Under the pieces are notes generated by a model. The model was not told the DNA's origin. It saw only the letters and a list, made by a program, of their open reading frames with translations, and made no database searches. Both the position numbers and the translations under genes were made by a program. A DNA stretch of 32,000 nucleotides from Methanothermus fervidus DSM 2088 (GTDB taxonomy: Archaea; Methanobacteriota; Methanobacteria; DSM-2088; Methanothermaceae), in the NCBI GenBank assembly GCA_000166095.1, contig CP002278.1, forward strand, positions 1,020,001 through 1,052,000, read 5' to 3'. Within the stretch, counting starts at the first letter, position 1; every line of letters starts with the position of its first letter. Below are positions 25,492 to 32,000 of the stretch, in pieces.

Positions 25492-26799
25492 ATGACTAAA
25501 GTAGAGAAGATATTTTTAATAATTGCATTAATTTATGGAATACTTTTTTCATTTTTGGTGCCGCCATTTCAAGTACCTGATGAGAAATGGCATTTCTATA
25601 AGGCTTTTTCTATTAGTGAAGGACATATATTTCCAACAAAATATGTTGTCGTTCCAAAAAATGTTAAAGTTGTTGTAGATACATTCAATTCTGTTAAAGA
25701 CGTCCAAAAGAAAATTTATGAAAGTTTAAATTTACCAATAACACAAAATAAAGTCGCTGTAGATATATCAAATGTTTCTATTTATCCACCTATTCCATAT
25801 TTGTTTTCCTCTCTGATTTTTATGGCGTTAAAATCATTTTCACCCTTAATTTTAATGTATATAGCAAGACTTGTAAATTTAATTGTCTGGATAACCCTTC
25901 TATATTTTGCAATAAAAATTACACCCATACATAAAAGATTATTTTTAGCATTGTCATTAATGCCTATGACAATTCATCAAGCTGCATCACTGTCTCCAGA
26001 TAGTTTTACAATTGGTATTTCGTTTCTTGCTATTGCAGTTATATACAATTATGTATTTGGGGAAGAAAAAATAAAAAGAAGAGATTTTGCTTTAATTTTA
26101 ATTTTAATGTTAATTCTCGCATTCTCTAAGCCAGGTTATGCACTTTTATCATTGATTTTTTTGATGATACCTAGTGATAAGTTTCCAAAGAGAACCAAAA
26201 TTTTAGACTTCATAGTAATAATTTTTGTTGTATTTTCACTTCTCGTAGTCTGGTGTATTTCATTCAAAGGATATTATACTCCAAGTGAAGATCCAGCAGT
26301 TCGGCCTAACTTACAATTTAATTATGTTGTCACACATCCACTAGAATTTATAAAAATCCTTGGAAACACAATATCAACAAAATTAAATTTATATTTAATA
26401 ATGTTTGTTGGGTGTTTTGGACATCTAAACGTTTATTTACCTGAATTTCTTGTTTATGCATACCTCTTCATGTTATTTTTTATTTCACTTAGTGACAATG
26501 CTAAATTTGAAATACATAATAAACAAAAACTAATAGCATTTTTTACTTTCTTATTGCTTTCATTTCTCATATTTTTATTTGAGTATCTAACTTGGACACC
26601 TGTGGGGTATAATACAATACTAGGAGTTCAAGGAAGGTACTTTATACCTATTTCTCCTTTATTCTTCATGATTTTCCATAATAAAACTGTCAAAAAGCTA
26701 AAAATTAAAACTAATCGTGCTTTAACAATATTAATATTGTTTATTCTCTTTTGTCTTTCCTTCAGCGTTTTTAAACTTTTGGAATATTACTGGTTGTGA
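25492..26799 (+). CDS. Polytopic membrane protein, GT-C-like (DUF2142-type)
   Basis: 435 aa, strongly hydrophobic with about 10-12 TM segments. It has an N-terminal loop motif PPFQVPDEKWHFYKAF. AGGGGAT lies upstream of the ATG. Confidence 0.55.
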   Translation: MTKVEKIFLIIALIYGILFSFLVPPFQVPDEKWHFYKAFSISEGHIFPTKYVVVPKNVKVVVDTFNSVKDVQKKIYESLNLPITQNKVAVDISNVSIYPPIPYLFSSLIFMALKSFSPLILMYIARLVNLIVWITLLYFAIKITPIHKRLFLALSLMPMTIHQAASLSPDSFTIGISFLAIAVIYNYVFGEEKIKRRDFALILILMLILAFSKPGYALLSLIFLMIPSDKFPKRTKILDFIVIIFVVFSLLVVWCISFKGYYTPSEDPAVRPNLQFNYVVTHPLEFIKILGNTISTKLNLYLIMFVGCFGHLNVYLPEFLVYAYLFMLFFISLSDNAKFEIHNKQKLIAFFTFLLLSFLIFLFEYLTWTPVGYNTILGVQGRYFIPISPLFFMIFHNKTVKKLKIKTNRALTILILFILFCLSFSVFKLLEYYWL

Positions 26800-27208
26800 A
26801 CACTTCTATGGAACCTCTAGTAGAGTATTATCCTAAACAGCTACTTCAACAGTATTCACATGCTAATATATAATTCCCAACTTATTTTCCATAGCTTAGA
26901 CTCTTGAATTTACTTCCTAAATCAGTTATTATAGGCAAAGAATTTGCTAAGATATCAACATTTTGGCAAATCATGATTTTACTATAAAATACTTTTCAGT
27001 TCTCATCTTCACGCTTTGTATGGAGACTTCTTGCCGATAGAGTTTAAAATTAAAAATAATAATCTTTATATATTAGATTTATTTAACATTGTTTTAACAA
27101 AACAACTATAATAAAATTTTTTTTGAACAATGTATATCATGGATAACAAATTTTAATAATCAAAAAAGTAATTTTTTTAATGTTAATTTTTTTAAGGAGG
27201 TACTTAGA

Positions 27209-28126
27209 TTGTGTGGAATAGCAGGGATCGTATGTAAAGATAAAAAAGTGCATAATGTAGGTAAATTGATGACTAAAATGCTTCAAACACTACAACATAG
27301 AGGCCCTGATTCTGCAGGTTTTGCAATATATGGTGGATTAAAATTGAAAAAAAATGAATATTTATTAAACATTGAAGTAAAAGAAAAACCAGGATTACTA
27401 GATAGTGTCAAAAAAGTTATAGAGAGTGTCACAAAAATAAAAAAAGAAAAAATAATTCCTTCAGTTGAAGAATATGTTATTTATCGTTGTATAATCACCC
27501 TAAACTCATATTCAGAATTAAAACCATTAATAGTTGAGATAGATAAAATAGAAGGTGCAACTGTACTTAGTGGAAGCCATTCATTTGAGATGATAAAAGA
27601 TGTTGGGTCTGTAGTTGAAATTGCTGATCGCTATGATACATGGTCAAAGAAAGGTACTCATGCCATAGGTCATACAAGGTTTTCAACAGAGAGTATTGTA
27701 GATAGGTATCATGCACACCCATTCCAAAGTTATATAGTCCCTGATATTACAGTTGTTCATAATGGTCAAATAACAAATTATTGGAAAATAAGAGATCCTT
27801 TAGAAAGGAAAGGTCACATATTTGAAACAACAAACGATACAGAATGTATAGTTCATTATATAGCCGATAAACTTGCAGATGGATATTCTCTTGAAGAAGC
27901 ATTAGAAGAATCTGTTAAAGACATGGATGGTCCATTTTCTTATATTATAGCCACTCCAACAGGTATAGGAATTGCAAAAGATAAACTTGGCTTACGTCCT
28001 GGAGTAATGGCAGAAGATGACAATGTTTTTGCAATAGCATCTGAAGAAGTAGCATTAAGAGAAGTTGTAGATACTAGGTGTGTAGAACAAATAAACCCTG
28101 GTGAAGTAAGGGTTTATGAATTTTAA
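27209..28126 (+). CDS. Glutamate synthase, class II (Ntn) glutamine amidotransferase subunit (archaeal GltB domain 1)
   Basis: TTG start 8 nt after AGGAGGT, followed by the nucleophile Cys (M)CGIAGIV. Motifs GHTRFSTES, HNGQITN and NDTE. Confidence 0.85.
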   Translation: MCGIAGIVCKDKKVHNVGKLMTKMLQTLQHRGPDSAGFAIYGGLKLKKNEYLLNIEVKEKPGLLDSVKKVIESVTKIKKEKIIPSVEEYVIYRCIITLNSYSELKPLIVEIDKIEGATVLSGSHSFEMIKDVGSVVEIADRYDTWSKKGTHAIGHTRFSTESIVDRYHAHPFQSYIVPDITVVHNGQITNYWKIRDPLERKGHIFETTNDTECIVHYIADKLADGYSLEEALEESVKDMDGPFSYIIATPTGIGIAKDKLGLRPGVMAEDDNVFAIASEEVALREVVDTRCVEQINPGEVRVYEF

Positions 28127-28148
28127 TCTACAATCATAAGGTGACTAT

Positions 28149-28838
28149 ATGAAAGAAGTAGTTATTGATGCTGAATCAAAAACCCCTAGAGAGGTCAATA
28201 GTTCTTTAAAAAAATTAGCAGAAAAATATGATAGGATAATTATCGAAAATCCTAATGCAATGCATTATCTTGCAGCAGGGCTTACTAAAAAAGTTGAAGT
28301 TATTATTAATGGATCTGCAGGGTACTTTGTAGGAACAATGATTCATGGCCCAAAAATAGAAGTAAAAGGAAATGCTGGCTGGTTCCCTGCAGATAATATG
28401 ACTAAAGGCAAAGTTATAATTCATGGATCAGCTGGAGACGGAGTTGGGCAGGGAATATATGGAGGTACAGTGATTGTAAAAGGAGATGCAGGGTCAAGAA
28501 CTGGAGAGATAATGAAAAATGGGACAATAATAATTGGTGGCAACTCTGGATTTATGACAGGTCTTTTTATGATGGGTGGACGCATTGTTGTTTTAGGAGA
28601 TTTAGGAAAAGATGCTGGAGAGTCAATAATAAGAGGAAAAATTTATGTTAGAGGGGAAATACAAAGTTTAGGGAAAAATGCAAGAGTTGAAGAGATAAAC
28701 GTCAAAGACGAAGAAGAATTAAATAAAATATTGAATGAAAATGGATTCAACATAAAAAAATCAGAATATGATGAATTTAAAAAAATTGTTCCAAAAAGTA
28801 AAAGACCATTTTATGGTAAACAATCGGAGGAAGGATAA
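28149..28838 (+). CDS. Glutamate synthase GXGXG-repeat subunit (archaeal GltB domain 3, FwdC-like beta-helix)
   Basis: 229 aa of repeated G-x-x-G-x-x-x-G turns (INGSAGYFVG, VKGNAGWF, IHGSAGDGVG, VKGDAGSRTG, IGGNSGFMTG). AAGGTGA lies upstream of the ATG. Confidence 0.85.
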   Translation: MKEVVIDAESKTPREVNSSLKKLAEKYDRIIIENPNAMHYLAAGLTKKVEVIINGSAGYFVGTMIHGPKIEVKGNAGWFPADNMTKGKVIIHGSAGDGVGQGIYGGTVIVKGDAGSRTGEIMKNGTIIIGGNSGFMTGLFMMGGRIVVLGDLGKDAGESIIRGKIYVRGEIQSLGKNARVEEINVKDEEELNKILNENGFNIKKSEYDEFKKIVPKSKRPFYGKQSEEG

Positions 28839-28840
28839 AA

Positions 28841-29917
28841 ATGGGTGGTGAAGATAAGATTGCGATGGTAGGCACTCCCTGTCAAATAATAGCAGCAACA
28901 CTTATGGAAAAATATTCATCACAACTTAAAAGGAATTTCCCGATTGATATAAAGATAGGTTTGTTTTGTATGGAAAATTTTTCTTATGAATATCTCAAAA
29001 AACTGTTACATTCATATGGAATAAAATTTCGAGATGTAGTTTCATGTAGAATAGAAGGAAGCAATGCATACTTTCATCTCATAAATAAAGACGTTGTTTC
29101 CATACCTCTCAGTACTTTAAGAAAAAGTATGCGTAAAAGCTGTAAAATTTGTATGGATTTTACATCTGAACTAGCTGATATATCAGTAGGTTCTGTAGGT
29201 TCTCCAAAAGGATGGTCAACAGTAATCATAAGATCTGAAAAAGGTTTAAAATTAGTTGAAAAAGCTAAAAAAGCTAAATACATTGAAACAAAAATGTTAG
29301 ATGCAGACAGATTAAATTTAATAGAAAAGTTAGCTAAAATTAAAAAAAATAAAAATCTTGAAGAAATTAAAAATAGGGAAAGAGTGGCAAGACCTGTTAT
29401 GTATTGGAGAATCATGCCTGAAGAAATTTTTCTTAATGAAGTAGAAAATTATCAATTTAAGGATTTAAAGGGAGACGTTATAGATGTAGGCGCTTGTGTA
29501 TTATGTGGAGCCTGTTTCTTTTCCTGTCCTGAAGATATCATAAAAATTGAAGATAGGAAACCAGAAATAAACGGTAAATGTCCTCCAGGTTGCAATGCTT
29601 GTTATATAGCATGTCCAAGATCATATGTGCCTGATTGTATAGTAAATCATGAAGATGCATATTCGGCATTGGGAAATTATATAGAAATAATATCTGCTAG
29701 ATCTCCGTTTTTTAAAGGACAAGATGGTGGTGTAGTAACAGCATTATTAGCTTGTGCATTGTCTGAAAAAATAGTAAACAAAGTATTAATAGTAGATAAG
29801 GATCCTGAAAAGCCATGGAAACCTTTACCAATCCTCACAGATAAAATTGACGATGTTGTAAAGGCATCTGGTACTAAATATTCTGTATGTCCTATATTCA
29901 AAGCATTAAAAGAATAA
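28841..29917 (+). CDS. FrhB/FdhB-family F420-binding iron-sulfur flavoprotein with domain order C-domain, 2x[4Fe-4S], N-domain (circularly permuted)
   Basis: The N-terminal half carries FrhB C-domain motifs (VGTPCQI, IGLFCMENFSY, LADISVGSVGSPKGWSTVIIRS). The middle has CVLCGACFFSCP and CPPGCNACYIACP. The C-terminal 80 aa carry FrhB N-domain motifs (IISARSPFFKGQDGGVVTALL, ASGTKYSVCP). Confidence 0.8.
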   Translation: MGGEDKIAMVGTPCQIIAATLMEKYSSQLKRNFPIDIKIGLFCMENFSYEYLKKLLHSYGIKFRDVVSCRIEGSNAYFHLINKDVVSIPLSTLRKSMRKSCKICMDFTSELADISVGSVGSPKGWSTVIIRSEKGLKLVEKAKKAKYIETKMLDADRLNLIEKLAKIKKNKNLEEIKNRERVARPVMYWRIMPEEIFLNEVENYQFKDLKGDVIDVGACVLCGACFFSCPEDIIKIEDRKPEINGKCPPGCNACYIACPRSYVPDCIVNHEDAYSALGNYIEIISARSPFFKGQDGGVVTALLACALSEKIVNKVLIVDKDPEKPWKPLPILTDKIDDVVKASGTKYSVCPIFKALKE

Positions 29918-29933
29918 ATAAGGAGATAATTAT

Positions 29934-31433
29934 ATGCCATTCAAAGTTGAAAGAAAAGAAAACATATGTAAAAGAGATTTTGACAGGCCTGGTTGTTGTT
30001 GGTATCTTTGTGATAATAGAGATGAAAATTTATGTAAAGATTGTTTTTCATGCTATAACAACTGCCCTCACAATGTTTATGAAATTATTAATGGTGAACC
30101 ATTCCCAATATGGCATGAAAGATGTGTTGGATGTCGTATATGTGAAGAAATGTGTCCTAATAATGCAATAGAAGTTCACGCAGTACCTGAAGACAGAAGG
30201 AATGTCTGGTCATATGCTGATTTAGTGGAAATACAGAGAAAAGCTGAAGAAGGAACATATAAAGTTAGAGGATGTGGAGCAACAAGAAAAGTTCCTACCT
30301 TTGATGATCTTGTAATTGTACCTGCACAAGTTTCAAGGCCTCCTATAGATAAATACAGAGAACCATGTAATACCAAAGTTGTTTTAGGAGATAGGTATGC
30401 TGAAAAACCTTTAGAATTAGATACTCCAATAATGATAGCCGCAATGTCCTTTGGGGCAATTAGTAAGGAAGCCAAAATAGCATTGGCAATGGGTGCAACA
30501 TTGGCAGGTACAGCCACAAACACAGGCGAAGGAGGCATGTTACCTGAAGAAAGAAAATATGCTTCAAAACTTATAGCACAGTATGCATCAGGGCGTTTTG
30601 GTGTATCAGCTGAATATCTCAACAATGCAGATGCTATAGAAATTAAAATAGGTCAGGGTGCAAAAGCAGGAATGGGAGGACATTTATTAGGAGAAAAGGT
30701 TGTAGCTGAAGTAGCAGAGATAAGAATGATACCAGAAGGTACGGATGCCCTTAGTCCTGCAAGACATATGGATATAGTTGGACCTGAAGATCTCAGCATG
30801 AAAATTTCACAACTACGAGAAATAACAGACTGGAAGGTGCCAATAATAGTTAAATTCACATCAGGGCGTGTAAGTGACGATGTAAAAATTGCTGCGAAGG
30901 CAGGAGCAGATATTGTCGTCGTTGATGGTATGCAAGGAGGTACTGGAGCAGGGCCAGACGTTGTAACAGAACATGCTGGAATTCCAACAATAGCAGCTAT
31001 AGTAGAAGCAGATGAAGCTTTAAAAGAAATTAATTTAAGAGATGAAGTTAGTTTAGTTGCAGCTGGAGGTATAAGAAGCGGAGCAGATGTTGCAAAAGCT
31101 ATAGCATTGGGTGCAGATGCTGTATATATTGGAACAGCTGCATTAGTAGCTATAGGTTGTAGAGTTTGTCAAATGTGTCACACAGGCAAATGTAGAAAAG
31201 GAATTGCAACTCAAGATCCTATATTAAGAAGACGTCTAGATTATGTAGAAGGAGGAAAAAGAGTTGCAAGATATATTGAAGCAATGACAGAAGAACTCAA
31301 AATGTTAACTCAACAAGCTGGAAATACTGACGTTAGAAAATTAGAAAAAGATGATCTTAGAGCATTGAATTTAGAGGCAGCTGCGTTAACTGGTGTTAAA
31401 ATGGCTGGAATGGATGCACCACTCAAAATTTAG
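29934..31433 (+). CDS. gltB: Glutamate synthase FMN/Fe-S subunit (archaeal GltB domain 2) with an N-terminal 2x[4Fe-4S] ferredoxin domain
   Basis: 499 aa. Ferredoxin motifs CKDCFSCYNNCP and CVGCRICEEMCP. FMN-domain blocks are TNTGEGG, EIKIGQGAKAGMGGHL, VVDGMQGGTGA and the GGIRSG region. C-terminal Cys cluster is GCRVCQMCHTGKC. AAGGAGAT lies upstream of the ATG. Confidence 0.85.
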   Translation: MPFKVERKENICKRDFDRPGCCWYLCDNRDENLCKDCFSCYNNCPHNVYEIINGEPFPIWHERCVGCRICEEMCPNNAIEVHAVPEDRRNVWSYADLVEIQRKAEEGTYKVRGCGATRKVPTFDDLVIVPAQVSRPPIDKYREPCNTKVVLGDRYAEKPLELDTPIMIAAMSFGAISKEAKIALAMGATLAGTATNTGEGGMLPEERKYASKLIAQYASGRFGVSAEYLNNADAIEIKIGQGAKAGMGGHLLGEKVVAEVAEIRMIPEGTDALSPARHMDIVGPEDLSMKISQLREITDWKVPIIVKFTSGRVSDDVKIAAKAGADIVVVDGMQGGTGAGPDVVTEHAGIPTIAAIVEADEALKEINLRDEVSLVAAGGIRSGADVAKAIALGADAVYIGTAALVAIGCRVCQMCHTGKCRKGIATQDPILRRRLDYVEGGKRVARYIEAMTEELKMLTQQAGNTDVRKLEKDDLRALNLEAAALTGVKMAGMDAPLKI

Positions 31434-32000
31434 TAAGATAATGCAAAAGAATTTTCAATTATTTTTCTTTCTACTCTACTTAAAAATATTCTCATTTTTA
31501 ACAATTTATCTATATTTGTTGAAATTGAATCTACACCCATATATATTAATTTTTCAACAATTCTTTCTTCAGTGGCTGCATACCCTGCAACACAACTTTC
31601 AACATTTCTTTCATTACATTTTTTTATAATATAAGATGCTATTTTTAAAATTGATGGATGTAAGAAATTAAACAGTTTAGCAACTTTTACCCCTCTCCTA
31701 TCAACAGCTAAAGTACACATTGTTATGTCACTGAGACCTATAGACACAAAATCAGATCCAACGTCTAAGAATTTATCTATCTGCAATGCACTTCCAGGAG
31801 TTTCTATTGATACTCCAACTTTAATATCTCTATGTGGTTTTAGGCCCATTTTATTAAGAATTGATTTGACCATTAAATATTCAGATATATCTCTCACAAA
31901 AGGTACCTTCAGAGCAATGTTTGAATAACCTTCATCAATTAACTCTATTAGAGCTTTTAACTCAGCTTTTAAAATTTCAGTTTCTTTTAGATCTCTCGTA
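31430..32000 (-). CDS. PEP-utilising enzyme, C-terminal TIM-barrel domain (PEP synthase / pyruvate-water dikinase-like). The 5' part lies beyond the window.
   Basis: The frame stays open to position 32000; my translation upstream of the track ORF is TRDLKETEILKAELKALIELIDEGYSNIALKVPF. The signature FVSIGLSDITMCTLAVDRRG corresponds to the SIGSNDLTQ-x-TLAVDR block. The stop TAA 31432-31430 overlaps the gltB TAG. Confidence 0.75.
   Translation of the reverse strand, partial: TRDLKETEILKAELKALIELIDEGYSNIALKVPFVRDISEYLMVKSILNKMGLKPHRDIKVGVSIETPGSALQIDKFLDVGSDFVSIGLSDITMCTLAVDRRGVKVAKLFNFLHPSILKIASYIIKKCNERNVESCVAGYAATEERIVEKLIYMGVDSISTNIDKLLKMRIFLSRVERKIIENSFALSY

Noticed and set aside
27050-27208. 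A search for a nitrogen-regulator operator (NrpR-type GGAA-N6-TTCC) upstream of the glutamate synthase operon
   Set aside because: No such palindrome is present. There are only AT-rich sequence and several equally plausible TATA-like elements (CTTTATATAT at 27064, TTTTAATAAT near 27151), so no specific promoter or operator call is made.
27209-27211. The TTG start of the amidotransferase, considered as a possible annotation artefact
   Set aside because: TTG is followed immediately by the obligatory Ntn nucleophile Cys (CGIAG) and preceded by AGGAGGT at optimal spacing. No in-frame ATG alternative would preserve Cys at position 2, so the TTG start is accepted.
1330-30859. About 35 further 60-166-aa ORFs in the six-frame track that lie antisense to, or out of frame within, larger genes (for example 1330-1542, 1771-2019, 2913-3248, 7103-7456, 8911-9270, 9352-9678, 18239-18580, 18816-19316, 20369-20710, 29887-30171, 30176-30625)
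   Set aside because: Each is fully nested in a longer ORF with clear family motifs. They show skewed Ser/Pro/Phe/Leu-rich composition typical of antisense frames of AT-rich genes, and none has an SD or start context.
1-32000. CRISPR arrays, tRNA/rRNA genes, transposases, integrases, prophage or defence-system genes
   Set aside because: No regularly spaced direct repeats, no GC-rich structured RNA-like islands in the intergenic regions, and no ORF with recombinase, transposase or nuclease-NTPase defence signatures were seen. The window looks like core chromosome.

Overview
The window is a visibly AT-rich (about 30% GC by eye, not computed), very tightly packed archaeal chromosome segment. It almost certainly comes from a pseudomurein-walled methanogen (order Methanobacteriales). 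The basis is pseudomurein-binding-type repeats, a methanogenesis-marker operon, an Ftr homologue, an FrhB-type F420 module, archaeal TTTATATA boxes and oligo-T terminators. I support 29 CDS, two of them truncated at the window edges, and see no rRNA, tRNA, CRISPR array, transposase or integrase.

Gene blocks, in order:
- 1-7536 (-): a 7-gene glycan operon with 2 GT4, 2 extended-SDR sugar-nucleotide enzymes, a GtrB/ArnC-like membrane GT2 and two tandem paralogous GT-C enzymes.
- 8027-10294 (+): a secreted three-module protein (glycosidase-like TIM barrel, four pseudomurein-binding-type repeats, Pei/transglutaminase-like Cys protease).
- 10.4-13.7 kb: housekeeping genes (small radical SAM, MFS transporter, Nob1-like PIN/zinc-ribbon nuclease, isochorismatase-family hydrolase).
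- 13792-19926 (+): a 7-gene operon (unknown 369-373 aa protein, then marker proteins mmp2, mmp3, mmp6, a DUF2111-like protein, mmp5, mmp15).
- 25391-19927 (-): a heterogeneous 6-gene operon (B12-like radical SAM, Soj-type ParA, a 94-aa mini-ParB/SegB-like protein, PfkB kinase, EhaR-like HAD protein, Ftr paralogue).
- 25492-26799 (+): a GT-C-like membrane protein.
- 27209-31433 (+): a 4-gene split glutamate synthase operon that includes a circularly permuted FrhB-like subunit.
- 31430-32000 (-): the 3' part of a PEP-utilising enzyme gene.

Most genes have GGAGG/GGTGA-type Shine-Dalgarno sequences. Several start with TTG or GTG, and many neighbours overlap by 1-20 nt. All protein-family calls come from motifs I read in the translations, not from database searches.
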